Part shown: piece after piece, positions 13,302-26,689 of the stretch
Layout of the letters: every line of letters starts with the position of its first letter
Position numbering within the stretch: the first letter of the stretch is position 1
NCBI GenBank assembly: GCA_036785375.1
Contig: JAWMAR010000035.1
Coordinates: 10,230,001 to 10,294,000, forward strand
DNA length: 64,000 nucleotides
DNA from: Leucoraja ocellata
Taxonomy: Eukaryota
Direction of reading: 5' to 3'
Position numbers and translations under genes: made by a program
The notes under the pieces: model-generated
The model's input: only the letters and a program-made list of their open reading frames with translations
What the model was told of the DNA's origin: nothing
The model's database searches: none

Positions 13302-15195
13302 CTGTACATGATTGTTGAGCACGTAAATATTTCATTCAATTTAATCTCATGCAAAGACTAAGATTTGAAGTGCAATTTAGAAATATAAATTAAACAGCAT
13401 TTCAAGGGCAATCAGCAACATGTGAATGCCAACATTGCATGTGAATGCCAACATGCCGGTTTTGCAGCATTTTGGATATTTTAGATAAGTAAAGCCTTTT
13501 CCAACGTGTTGCTATCCCCCAAAGGCAAAATGATATCTTTGCACCCAAAGTTATGTGAGATTTATTTTTGTAATTTGCTGGTTCCTCCAATGGAAGTAAC
13601 TAAACATCACCTTTGTATTGGCTTCTGAAAAGGTATGTAGCCCAGGAACTGTATTAAGAAGATAGGTTAAACATGAAATTATATTATTCCAATGCATGTT
13701 TTGTACGCAGACCTGCTATTACAGAACTCTGTGAGATGGGAAGGTGTTATGCGCAATAAGGCCATTCCTCTGTCATTGTCAAGTAAGCAGGGTCAATCAT
13801 GGAGGATAGATGCCTGGAAGAGGAGCACAGGGGTCATGGTGCAGTAATTGTGGGTCAGGTGCATTGGCAAGTGGTTAAGTTATGTAGAGGTCAGAATACG
13901 GCACCTTGGACAGAGAGTGTGGCCACTGAGGTCATGAGAGTCTGATGGAGCCCCTCAACAGGAGATATAATTTTAACAAAATGTACACCTAACGTAGATG
14001 TAAAAAATCTATTTTCAGAATTGGTGGACCATGTAGAACAGTTGGACTCATTGTAGAACATGAGGAATGTTGAATATAACGCTTGGCAATCACATTTCTT
14101 GCATCAACTACAATTCTCTTCCCCGATTATTTAATTTACTTAATTAATTTATCATTTTCAGAAAGAAGTGCGTCTTGGGTGTATTAGATACATCAATCCT
14201 TTCACTGGATTCACATCTGCAGACATTCTGCCTGAGAATCTTGAGTGCAGATTCACTCCACAGGGAGAGCTGATCTCTGAGCATCACACTATTTGCCTCC
14301 AATAACGTATTTAGTTGTTTTTAAGTAAGAGTCAGAACATGCATACTGCTAACAAGATGTTTTCATCTTGAATACAATAGTAGAATTGTAATAAATATTA
14401 GAATGATGTTTCTCAATGTGCCTTCAGAGGGATTGCATTGCCATATGCTTGTATTTCCAAATACTATATGAGTGAGAGGTAGACAAAGATACACTATCAT
14501 GAATGACATAAATCCATATCCATAATGGTGTTCAATTTCAGACAAAGCCAGAGTGCCATTGGAGACAAATGTTTAAACATTGATCAGTTTGACTGTGTGT
14601 TTCGCAAACAAATGATGATTCTGTTTTAATTGATATTTATCTGACATATTTAATATGTTTATAGTGCAGAATTCCCATTTAGGTTCAAGTAATATTACTC
14701 AATTTCATTCATCTCACACACTAGCCAGAAGAATATAAAAACTCTTTATATCTTGGGTTTTCTTCAGGGTTGGAATCTGACTTGAATTTTGGCGAGTAAG
14801 GCAAAAGAAAGTCATTATTAAATGTTATTCTTTCTTTTTCTCTAAACTCTTAAACTAATTAACTTGTTCCACTGCAATCTATTTGCAGATCCCCATCAAT
14901 GCCCATGGAACAGAAAAGTGAAAAATATCTAGGTTGTGGTAATTTGATTCAAGAAAGAATCAATTTCACACGAATAAATAAAGCAGAGGTCACTTTCATG
15001 TGGAAGTGGGCCTGAGGGAAGAATGGTTGATATTTGGAATAACGTGCTAAACTATTCCATTGAAATGCCTGGCAGGTGACCAAGTCAGATTCAAATACAA
15101 ATTCTCCTCCACATTAACAAATAGTTTGAAGAACTGCTCAGCAAGGGTAGGTAAAATATTTCCAGTGGGGTAATGTATTCCAATTCTAAAATTAC

Positions 15196-15276
15196 CTCGT
15201 ACTGATCATCATCTAATTGAGAGCACTGTCTTTTCACAACCCGACCATAGGCTGTCACTGTTACCGAGTTCTCCAC
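15196..15276 (-). CDS. DCAF17: DCAF17 coding exon 12 (81 nt), VENSVTVTAYGRVVKRQCSQLDDDQYE
   Basis: ttccag acceptor, gtaatt donor; matches ENVLTVTASGRVVKK...LDDD. Confidence 0.93.
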
Positions 15277-15374
15277 CTGGAAAGCAAGAAAAGTTAGAGA
15301 GAGAGAGAGACATTTAAAAATAAAATGCATCAATCTTATCGTTCCAAAGCACCTTGCCATACAAACAGATGTAG

Positions 15375-15830
15375 CTTAATCCATCACACAGACCAGACTT
15401 CCCACTATTGACTCCATCTACACTTCATGCTGTCTCGGAAAAGCAGTCAACATAATCAAAGTCTTGTCCCACCCCGGTGATTTCTTCTTCTCCCTGTTCC
15501 AATTGCGCAGAAGGTACAGAAGGTTGAAAGCACACATTGCCAGACCAGGAAAATCTTCCTTTCTGTTATCAGGCTTCTGAATGGTCCTTCCAAAAGCTAG
15601 GGTACATTCCAATTCATGTCTACCCCATTGCGAACATTGGACTTTGTCTATGGAATTGATGTGATAAAATGCTGAGAATTATATTCTGCACTCTGTATCT
15701 TCCCCCTTGCTCTACCTATTGTATTGAGTTTGACGATTGTATTTATGATTAGTATTATCTGATCTGATTGGATAGCATGCAAAACAAACCTTATCGCTGT
15801 ACCTCAGTATAGTGAAAATAAAAAACCTAA
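15375..15830 (+). mobile_element. Rex1-like LINE 3' fragment
   Basis: Decayed LPTIDSIYTSCCLGKAVNIIK...HPG..F..L C-terminus and a Rex-type 3' UTR. Confidence 0.6.
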
Positions 15831-16335
15831 ATGACTTGAAACCAATTTTAGAATAGTTTGTTTTATTACAAAATTTTACCAACTTTAGTCAGATATTTAT
15901 TTCAACAGCATTGAACCCTCTGGTAAAATATCAGGCCATCAAAATGTAAACTATTTTTGTATAACTGGTGTAGAGTTTGATTGCATGATGCTTCCTAAGT
16001 GTACAATCGTGCTTTTGAATTACTGTCATGGCTTGCACACATGACTGACGACATGAATTTAGGAACCAAAACATCTTGCCTGGCTTTATTGGCTTGGCTA
16101 TTGTTGGCTATGGGAAAGGAATTGCATAACTAGATTGTTATTCAGATTGCAATTCTTGTGCAGTCTGAGATGGATTAGTACTGCCTTATTCCCTTTTTGA
16201 CATTGGGTGTAAAATTGTGCAGATTCGAGTTTCCATGTATTCCAGACAAATGCCCATTATTCCAATTTGGATTCATCTGAAGTACGGGTTTGTTATAAGG
16301 AAGGATAAGTGGTCCATAATAAAAAAACATTATGA

Positions 16336-16512
16336 TATATCGGAGGCTCGTAGGAGTCCGGCCAAGAATCAGTCGGAACACAAAGTTGTGTGAACGAAAT
16401 GTATTTATTATTATTACAGTGCTGCTCCCTACTCCTCAAATGGGCACGGGCATTGCCCTATCTAAAATACCCCTAAGGGTTGACCCCGTGACCTGCGCCT
16501 CGTGCCGCCACA
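16336..16512 (-). repeat. 3' LTR of the Gypsy element (177 bp)
   Basis: Aligns to 21653-21895 but lacks ~66 bp; starts TGTGGCGGCAC on the minus strand next to the PPT. Confidence 0.9.
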
Positions 16513-17711
16513 GTACCCCCCCCCCCGCACAGGGGACTTGCCCGATCTGGAATCATTCAACGGGATTCGGGACGGCGGGCGCCCGCGACGGGGAGGTTGA
16601 GCCACGTGTACTGGCTCGCTTAGGTCCAAATGGGCCGGCTTTAAACAAGCCACGGATAGTTTCTTGACGGCCTCCCATGTCCAAGACGAATGTTGTATGC
16701 CTGTGCCGCAGCACCCGAAAGGGACCATCATAAGAGCGCTGCAAGGGTGATCTGTGGGCGTTGGCGCAGAAAGACGTACGGACAGTCCACCAGCGGTGGG
16801 GCCACCCCATGACGAGACGTCGTGACGGGAGCCAGGGTGCCAACCCTCTCCTGCAAGTACACCAACACCGATGACGGCGGTTCCCGGGACCCATAAGCGA
16901 CTGGGACAAACTCTCCGGGGACGGTGCGCGGAGCGCCATACACTAGTTCCACCGAGGATGATGACATATCCTCCTTGGGGGCAGTCCGAATCCCCAACAG
17001 GACCCATGGCAACCCGTCCATCCACTCATGGCTCGTGATGCGAGTCTTCAGGGCGTCCTTCAGATGGCAGTGGAACCGCTCCACCAACACATTCGACTGG
17101 GGATGGTACGTTGTCGAATGGTGGAGCTGCATCCGCAGCAGGCGGGCCATTGCGGGCCACAGCTCAGAAGTGAACTGGGCACCCCGGTCCGATGTGATGT
17201 CCAGAGGAACCACGAGGGCACGAGCGCACGACCGGGCGGAAGTGTCCATTAGTGGGATGGTCTCCGGCCACCGCGTAAATGGTCCACCACCAGTTGGGAT
17301 TTCAGGCTGGAAGGCAGCAACCCCACGATGTCCATGTGCACATAGTCAAACCGCTGGCGTGGCACTGCTAAATCGTGTCACCCGAACGTGTCGATGTATG
17401 TTCGATGTCTGGCACGGAACGCACTCTCGGGCCCAGCGGCCGAATTGCTTCCACAGCCTGTGCCATATAAACCTCGCGGCCACCATAGCAACCGTGGCCC
17501 GGATAGACGGGTGGGCCAGCCCATGGATGACATTGAACACGCGACGCGCCAGGCTGCCGGAACAACAGGCCGCGGCTGGCCCATGGACACGTCACACAGG
17601 ATGAAACCACCTGAGGGATCCAACAGCACATCCTCCAGAACCAAACCCGAGATTGCGGTGCGGTACAGCGGCATCTCTTCGTCCACCAGCTGCGCCGCAG
17701 CCAAGTCCGTG

Positions 17712-19118
17712 GTCCCTGCCTGCTTCAAAAATGCCTCCCCAGCTTATCTGAAGGACCACCATCCGGTGGCCCTCACCTAGGTAGTCATGAAATGCTTTGA
17801 GAGGCTAGTCAAGAAACACATCTGCGCCTTCCTCCCTCGCAACATGGACCCGGTACAATTTGCATACCGTCTGAACAGATCCACGGATGATGCGGTCTCC
17901 CAGGTTCTGCACACTGCTCTCTCTCACCTTGACAGCCAGAAGGGGGGCTATGTGAGGATGCTGTTCAGACTTCAGTTCAGCTCTCAACATGATAGTCCCC
18001 ACTAGACTGGCTGAGAAGCTGCTGGAATTGGGGCTCAACACCCCCCTGTGTACCTGGGTCCTGGACTTTCTCACCGCCTGGCCCCAGATAGTCAAGATGG
18101 GAGGAAATATATCGAAGTCCCTCACCCTGAGCACAGGATCCCCCCAGGGTTGCGTCCTCGGCCCCCTACTATACCCCCTGTACACTGTGCGGCTAGGTTC
18201 AGCTCCAACTCTATAATCAAGTTTGCTGATGACACTGTGGTGGTGGGCCTGATCTCCGATAACGATGAGAAGGCCTACCGGGAGGAGGTGGCTGATCTAG
18301 CACTCTGGTGTCAGGACAACAACCTCCACTTGAATGTCAAAAAAGCTAAGGAGCTGATCGTGGACTTTAGGAGGGCACAACATCCGAGGATGTACACACC
18401 ATTGAAGATAAATGGGGATACTGTGGATAGGGTGAGCTGCTTTAAATACCTGGGAGTCCACATCTCAGAGGATCTGACATGGACATCACACGCTGCAGCA
18501 CTGGTGAGTAAGGCAAGGCAGCGCCTTCACCACCTCAGGCAATTGAGGAAATTCAGAGTGTCTCTGAGGATCCTCCATTGCTTCTACTCAGTGCCTGTGG
18601 AAAGCATCTTGTCCGGAAACATTACAATTTGGTTTGGGAACAGCTCTGCCCAGGACAAGGCTCTGCAGAGAGTAGTGCGTTCGACCGAACACACTATGGG
18701 AACTACACTCGCCCCTCTGCAAGAATCATACATCAGAAGGTGCAACTCCAGAGCCAACAAGATCATGGGAGACCCCTTCCACCCCAGCAAAGGACTGTTT
18801 CAGCTGCTACGGTCAGGCAAACGCCTCCGTGGCCATGCTGTGAAAACAGAGAGGATGAGAAGGAGTTTCTTCCCAGAGGCCATTATGACTGTAAACTCCT
18901 AACTCACCAAGGACTAACTTTACTGTACCAATTTACTGGTGTGTGGTGTCTTTTTAAAATTGCTGTTTTTTCTTTTTTTTCCTCCCACAAATATGTAAAT
19001 ATGTGAATATGTGATTCTGTTCCATTCTGTTTTTTTGCACAATCCGAAAACACATTGCCACTTTTAATTTGCACTGCACATCTCGTATGTGTATGTGACG
19101 AATAAACTTGACTTGATT
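17712..19118 (+). mobile_element. Rex1/Babar LINE (RT plus 3' UTR) inserted antisense into the Gypsy pol
   Basis: [50 protein letters not shown]; aataaacttgacttga tail; Gypsy pol (..PASGI | TDLAAAQ) resumes on both sides. Confidence 0.9.
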
Positions 19119-21652
19119 TCTCTATTCCGGACGCCGGGTTGAGAACGGCTGTGATCGCCTGGCGGGACAAGGCGTCCGCAACCAGGTTAGATTTACCGGC
19201 GATATGTTGGACTTCTGTTGGAAATTCTGAAATAGACATTAGCTGGCACTGCTGACGTGCGGACCAAGGATCTGAGACCTTGGCAAATGCGAAGGTGAAG
19301 GGCTTATGATCCTTGAAGGCTACGAAATCCCGGCCCTCCAGGATATACCGAAATGCCGCAGCGCAAGGTGCAAGGCGAGCAACTCCCGGTCAAAAGCATT
19401 GTAGCGCTGTTCAGTAGGGTTCAGCTGGCGGTTGAAAAAGGCGAGAGGCTGCCATTGGCCGTTGACTGACTGCTCTAGAACGCCGCCGACCACAGAGTCC
19501 AAGGCATCCACGGTAAGGGCTATAGGGGCGTCGGCCCGTGGATGTACGAACATTGTCGCCCGAGCCATGACGACGCCGTCCCACTGTACCGCCCGCCACT
19601 TGCCAGTCAACAACTGAAATAGTGGCCACATAAATTTAGCCGCCGCCAGCACGAACCGTTACCATGGTAGAACGTTACCATGCCAACAAACTCCTGGAGG
19701 CCCCGCACTGTGGAAGGCCGCGGAAACTGGTGGATTGCCTCAACCCTGTGCGGTAGAGGCACTGCTCCGTGCCTCATCACCTGGTGGCTCAGAAAGTCGA
19801 TGGCCCAGAGGCCTAATTGGCATTTGCCTGGGTTAAACACCAGGTCGTGTTCAATAAGGCGCTGGCACAATAAACGTAAGTGGGCGCAGTGCTCCTGCCG
19901 CGAGCGACTTGGATGTCATCTAAATAAATGAAGAGGAAATCGAGCCCGCGCCCCACGGTGTGCATCAGGCGCTGAAAGGCCTGTGCGGCGTTCTTGAGGC
20001 CAAAGGGCATCCGCAGGAACTCAAAGAGGCTGAACGGGGTGATAATAGCCGTCTTCGGGATATCCTCCGCTCGCACGGGGATCTGGTTATATCCCCGAAC
20101 TAAATCAATTTTAGAAAATAGCTTAGCCCTGGCCAGATGCGCAGAGAAATCCTGAATGTGGGGAATGGGGTAACGATCGGCGGTTGTTGCCTCGTTCAGG
20201 CGGCGGTAGTCACCACAAGACCTCCAGCCCCCGGAGCCCTTCGGCATCATGTGCAGCGGGGAGGCCCACGGGCTGTTGGAGCCTGCATTTTCCGAAGTTT
20301 CGCCCTCGCTATCAGGAGCTTGTCAGGGGCAGGCCTGCGGGCATGGAGCTGTAGGCCCGATGTGAGAATATGGTGCATGACACCATGTCTCGGGCTGGCC
20401 GAGTCGAACTGCTGTCCGGAAACTTGGCCAGTTTCTGAGCATATATATTTCCACCGCCGCCACTGGGTTGTGGACTGGCGAGGTGGACACAGTTGGGCGC
20501 AAGGAGATCTCCTCCAACGTCGAAGCATGGACAAGGCGTTGCCCTCTCACGTCCACCAGGAGCAATTGCGCCCGCAAGAAATCTGCGCCCAGCTCGGCTG
20601 GGCCACGTCCGCAATCACTAATGGCCAGGTGAAGTGGCACACGCCAAAGATGATCGGGTTGGTGCGGACGCCATAAGTACGGATGGAACTGCAATTCGCA
20701 TCGGTTAAGGGGGGGGGGCCCCCACTTACCAGCACGCGTGGGCAAACGGGGGGCAAAACGTTGAGCTCCGCCCCAGTGCCCACCAAGAACCTGAGCCCGA
20801 GCGCCGGTCCCAGGCATACAGGAGATGGATCGTGCCAGCCACCGTGGTGACTTTCGGTGGCCGGCACTGGCATTTCCCGGAAACGAACATAGTTGGCGGC
20901 ATTGGCAGGCCACTGAACCCCAGCGCTGGTGGTAAAAGCACCACATCCTTTTTCCTGGATTTCCCGGCACCTGCGCAGCCTGTCTGGTCTGCGGCTCTGC
21001 GGACCCTCTGGTGGGCTTGGTCCTAGGCAGCTGTGCCTTCCAGAGCGCTGAATTGATCCGGTCCAGGATCTCCAGTGCACCCACTTCCTGCTGGTCGGCC
21101 AGCCACAGCTCGTCGGCGCGTGCCGCTAGCTTCAGAGGATCTTCCAAGCTCTGCCCCAGAGCTGCCAGCGGATGTCGCATGGCAACTGCTGCAAAAAGGT
21201 AAATTCGAACAGAGGCAGGGCTGGTGGTCGCCCATGAGCGTCAGCATCTCGCTGATGAGGGCCGAAGGCTTCCGGTCGCCAAGCCCGCCAATGTTGAGTA
21301 CCCGATACACTCTCTCCATTCGGCTTGGCCCGAAGATCCAGAGCAGCAGCTCCTTGAGGCCTGTATGCTTCCCCACCACCGGTGGATTATCCAGGTAAGG
21401 CATGACCCAATCGACCGTTTCCGGTCGAGAGTGCTTACCACGTAATGATAACGGGTCTCGTTGACCATTATGCCGCTGATGTGGAACTGAAACTCGGCCT
21501 GTTGGAATCATCCCCTCGGCTGCGAGGTCCAAAATGTAGGCAGTTTCAGGGCGACTGCGTTGAGTTCGGCCTCGAAGGCGACAACGATGGGTTGCATTTT
21601 TTTCCGGAATTTTTTTCTCCAGGATTACACTCCTGGACGTTGGGGTCACCAG

Positions 21653-21895
21653 CATAGCGGCGATTCGTAGGAGTCCAGCCAAGAATCAGTCGGAACACAA
21701 GTTATGTGAACGAAACGTATTTATTATTATTACAGTGCTGCTCCCTACTCCTCAAATGGGCACGGGCGTTGCCCGACTTTAAATACCCTGAAGGGTCAAC
21801 CCCGTGACCTGCGCCTCCCACACCGAGACACCTAACTCCTCCCTCCAGAGCCGAGGGTTCGCTCTGCCCGTGGCCTACCACCAGGTGCCGCCACA
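21653..21895 (-). repeat. 5' LTR of the Gypsy element (243 bp)
   Basis: Direct repeat of 16336-16512, immediately followed on the minus strand by the tRNA-Trp PBS. Confidence 0.9.
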
Positions 21896-22874
21896 ATGAC
21901 TTTCTTACTCTGACACATGAAATTAATTAAGTAAAATGAAATTTAAAATAGCTGACACTTCAAGAATAGCTAAATCAATTTTATTGTCTCTTAATTTGGT
22001 ATCACAGTTGCTAAATAAAGTTATTGTTAATTGGTTCATTAAACATTTTTTTATTGCTTAACTAATAAATGTTTGCAAAATTCCCTGCAATCACTACCTC
22101 AAACCCTAAGCATTACACTTGCAAAAGAGATTTGGCCAGGAGTTCCCCAATTCCTGCCTTCCCAACCAGCATCTATCAAAGGGAGCTTGGTCATTGGGTA
22201 CCACTGTGAACATGGAACACAAAATGCCCTTTTTGTATTATTTATCCCACCCTTTCATTTCCTTGCATCTTCTAAAAGATTAACGATTTAATTTGACTTT
22301 CCAGATAAAGATTTAAAATCTCTAAAAAAGGGTCTGTGCAATCCGAAGCATTCCCACGCAGCCTATATTCAGTGATATCTATTTTCAAAAATCCAAGCGT
22401 ATTAATATTGCATCTCAAAATACTATACACAAAAATAAATGTGCCCACCCTGACCAGCAGTCTGCCAATATAACACCTTGAAAAGGCAAACACAATAAAA
22501 AAAATATATATTTCCCCATTGCCTGACTTTTGGCTAAGTATAGAGACAAAGAAACCTATACGTACTACAAACAGACATACAGAGGCACAGGAAACCTGAA
22601 TAAAATGGTGGCACTTGCAATCTGAAGGGAAGTCAACATCTCCTTGAATTTCCCATCCATCCTTTTCCAATCTTAAAATGGAAGAATTTGACTAGTGATA
22701 CATCATGCAAAAAGGCCCTTCAGCCCACTGAGTCCAGGCCGACCATCGATCACCTATTCACACGAGTTCTATATTATCCCGCTACCCATTCCCTACAAAC
22801 TAGGGGCAATTTACAGAGGCCAATTAGCCGACAACACCGCATGTCTTTGAGATGTGGGAGGAAAACATATTTAC

Positions 22875-22962
22875 CTTTCTTTCTCTTTTAGATAAAATTG
22901 TGAATGCTTGTAAAACCTGCCATCTTTGCTTATCTTCAGATTTTTCAATCAGCTGCAACATA
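22875..22962 (-). CDS. DCAF17: DCAF17 coding exon 11 (88 nt), (N)MLQLIEKSEDKQRWQVLQAFTILSKRERK
   Basis: ctttag acceptor, gtaaat donor, phase fits exons 10 and 12; moderate similarity to VLKLTE...QISEDFVILANRE. Confidence 0.85.
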
Positions 22963-23640
22963 CTAAAGAACATAATGTTAACACATCAATGATGTATTAC
23001 ATAAAGGTGAACATACTGTGGAACATGTCTCCTTTAGAATGTAAAAGAAATGCATCAAAATCTCTATTTGATATTCTTCAATAGCATTTTTCCAAATATA
23101 GATTACATTTAAAAATTCATAATACGTTACTAATAAATCAGTGACAACCATCAGATGGTGGATTAAGATAAAATATCTTAAAATCATAATGCACGTCTTT
23201 CCACTTATTCTTTCTTAAACGGATTTTTAAATTAACTGTCATTTGTTTCTTCTTCTGACGGTAGCTATTCCAAGGGTGCTAGGTATAACACTGCATGGGT
23301 CTGCTAATACGTTGATCACCAACAATTTTACATTCCTGTTAGGTCTGCTTATTTAAGAAATCTGGAAATGTAATTCTCCTTGATATATCTAATTACATTC
23401 ACTTTTATCACAATTATCCCATGATTATTATTTGTAATCTCCAAACTAGTTCCAAATAATCACATGTATTGTTCAAATTTGTGTTAGTTTTCTCTTTATT
23501 GTGTCCTTCAGGAGGCTATTATTTGCTACAAATCTTCCCTAACTCATTTTCCACAACCGCCTATTTATAAAAGATAATCCGAGACTTGCTCCATTGAAAT
23601 TGATAATGAACTCACATACTGATGAACTATATAAACTTAC

Positions 23641-23750
23641 TTAATTTGTGTCGGTCCAATGTGCATGATCCTTCCAGAATCATCTGGATGGAAATATATC
23701 CAATCAGTTTCCAAAGAAGAATATTGCATCTCTTGAATTCCATTCTCTGC
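23641..23750 (-). CDS. DCAF17: DCAF17 coding exon 10 (110 nt), AENGIQEMQYSSLETDWIYFHPDDSGRIMHIGPTQI
   Basis: ttag acceptor, gtaagt donor; conserved DWIYFHPD.SGRI. Confidence 0.95.
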
Positions 23751-25321
23751 CTAACTGGATAAAAGTACATTTGACAACTTAAATCTTGGATTATGTTCAA
23801 TCAAAAAGGGTAAGTCAGAACACAAAAGATTTTCAGCTTTGCAATGAAAGACAAAACAACTTTTGACTAATTTTTTCACTATATTCTTTTATTTCGGTAT
23901 TTGAATTCCCAGTGTTCAATGTCTTTCTGTAATTGTACATTTCATGTATACAATTATTATTTCCCATTCACATAACTAGCAACAAAACCTCATAAACTGT
24001 CATATCCCTGTGCTAGCAGAAGAGAAACAATGTGAAACAGAGTACAATTCTCATTTATTCTTCTGAATGTAGCAGTATGTAGACATTGGCCAGTTTTGGA
24101 GAAGGGATATGAGGTTCAAGAAAACCAATGATTTAATCTACGGAATTCCAACAGTCATTGCGGGTTTCATTTGAGTCAAAAAGTTAAGCCTTTGCAAAAT
24201 CCTAGCAAAGTATGGAATACTTTGCCCCCAATATTTTTATAGCTTCGCATAGAATTTGATATTGTGGCATACTAGATGTTTTACACATTAAGAATGTGAG
24301 ATGCAAGACATTTCTGTAGCCTACTTTGAAGAGATTGTTAAGCAGTTATATTGTATGAGATGTATGATCTTCAGAAAACATTCAACAAGATGTTTCACAA
24401 GGTTATTGAAATATATTCAAGATGGGTAAATATTTGCAATAAGAAAAGCAAATTGTTTACCAAAGAGAATATAGGAAGCTTGAATAAGCTGATTTTGTTT
24501 GGACTGGGTACAGTTTGAAGTGACACACTTCAGGGTTAGTTTGAGTTAATTTTTCAGACTTTTATGTCAGGTCGGGGGGAGTTCCCTCCGCCACGGGTAC
24601 CATGTAATCTCGTGCTACCTGCTCCATGGTCGAATAGTCGGCGACTAAACAGTCTCCCCACCTGGTTTGCCAGATGAGGATGTGGCTGTGGATCCCCAGT
24701 AGGACCAAAACCAAGACCTGTCAAAGGACGGATGAGCTCCTAGCGAGCCAATGGCCATCCACACTTTAGTAGAAGTTGCGATCATTGTCGTACATAGAAT
24801 TGTAAGGAAGTAAGGTCTTGGTACATATAGATAATTTGAAGCAAGTCCAGAGAAGGTGCCAACAGAACAAAATGAGCAGGTTTGGTAAACAGAATGTAAA
24901 AGACTTAAATGGCAATGCAGTTGATATAAATATGTTGGCATGTGACAATTGAAATCTCATGCAGTTTATATTTGAAAGAAAAGCATGAATGGAAATGTAC
25001 AATTTCAGAAAGACATTGAATAGTGTGGATTCAAACACAGTATGGAATAAATGTTAAACCAGTAAAAAGACAACGTAACAGAACTTCAGAATTTTTAGGC
25101 CAGGTGCATTTTGACCAGTAAATGTAAACCAGTATCTGCAGTTCCTTGTGTCTTCATATAGAAAAATGTTTATAGGCTAGATCATAATTAGAGAACTGTG
25201 TGGAGTCTTTGGCATCCCAAATTAAAAAATTCCAGTGCAAAAATTGTTCACTAAGATTCAGAATTTTTTTAAAGTGTGCGCACAGAAATATGTCATATGA
25301 CTACAAGTGATTTGCCAGATT

Positions 25322-25988
25322 CATAGAAACATAGAAATTAGGTGCAGGAGTAGGCCATTCGGCCCTTCGAGCCTGCACCGCCATTCAATATGATCATGGC
25401 TGATCATCCAACTCAGTATCCCGTACCTGCCTTCTCTCCATACCCTCTGATCCCCTTGGCCACAAGGGCCACATCTAACTCCCTCTTAAATATAGCCAAT
25501 GAACTGGCCTCAACTACCCTCTGTGGCAGAGAGTTCCAGAGATTCACCACTCTCTGTGTGAAAAAAGTTCTCCTCATCTCGGTTCTAAAGGATTTCCCCC
25601 TTATCCTTAAGCTGTGACCCCTTGTCCTGGACTTCCCCAACATCGGGAACAATCTTCCTGCATCTAGCCTGTCCAACCCCTTAAGAATTTTGTAAGTTTC
25701 TATAAGATCCCCTCTCAATCTCCTAAATTCTAGAGAGTATAAACCAAGTCTATCCAGTCTTTCTTCATAAGACAGTCCTGACATCCCAGGAATCAGTCTG
25801 GTGAACCTTCTCTGCACTCCCTCTATGGCAATAATGTCCTTCCTCAGATTTGGAGACCAAAACTGCACGCAATACTCCAGGTGTGGTCTCACCAAGACCC
25901 TGTACAACTGCAGTAGAACCTCCCTGCTCCTATACTCAAATCCTCTTGCTATGAAAGCCAACATACCATTTGCTTTCTTTACTGCCTG
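25322..25988 (-). mobile_element. Young CR1 LINE 3' fragment
   Basis: Near-identical to the 3' end of 10452-13098; catagaaacatagaaa tail. Confidence 0.93.
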
Positions 25989-26689
25989 TTGGTTGGTTAA
26001 CTGGTTATTGCAAGTTACATTTTGGTGCAAATATGTGGCAAAAGAATCAAAAAGAGTTGATAGGTTGTGATACAGAATAGTTTGAAGGGATACAAGGAAA
26101 TAAGGAGGGGGAAAGGGGCTGTTGGGATTGTTCAGTTGGGGGTTGATAATTCAAGTGGCCTCTTCCTGTGCAACAATTGAAATATGGAATTATGGAATGC
26201 AAAATACTGCAGATGCTTTAAATCTAAACTAAAAAAAGAATATAAATACTCAGTAGGTCAGTCAGCAATTATATTTCCAGTTAATGACTTTTCATCACAA
26301 CGATCTAGTTTTGATACAACATGGAAGAGCATGTCAAATGAAATTTTGATCTCATTGCCCTGAAGTTTATAATGTGCTTAGTTCAAAAATGGAGATCCTA
26401 TTGCTCAAGTTTGGTCTATGCTGATACAGTGCAGGACTCAGAGTGGGATGGAGAATTAAAGTTAAAGGCAGCCAGAAGCCTAGAGTTGCTCCTGATGACT
26501 AGATGAGGTATTCTGCAAAGCAGTTACCCGTTTGCCTTTGATTCTGTAATGCAGTGCAGTGATTGAATTCAATACATAAACTGGAAGAGGTACAAGTGAA
26601 TTGCTTCTTTACCTGTAAGAAAATTTACCTGCAACGGAAAGTGCCCGGGGAGGTGACGAAAATGACGGAGGATTATTTGTTGTAACAAA

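Larger units (their letters stand above)
16336..21895 (-). mobile_element. Full-length but decayed Ty3/Gypsy LTR retrotransposon (CsRn1-like), gag-pro-RT-RNaseH-IN, with nested Rex1
   Basis: Paired LTRs, 4-bp TSD ATGA (16332-16335 / 21896-21899), PBS TGGTGACCCC (tRNA-Trp) at ~21637-21651, poly-G PPT 16516-16526; gag ALKLPTFW and CFYHQRWGSVACQCRQLC; [16 protein letters not shown]...YLDD; IN HGLAHP...CVPC, DITSDRGAQFTS, VERFH. Confidence 0.93.

Noticed and set aside
16332-21896. Many overlapping 100-285 aa ORFs on both strands
   Set aside because: Frameshifted pieces and GC-rich shadow frames of the decayed Gypsy and Rex1 elements; no sign of a domesticated intact gene or env
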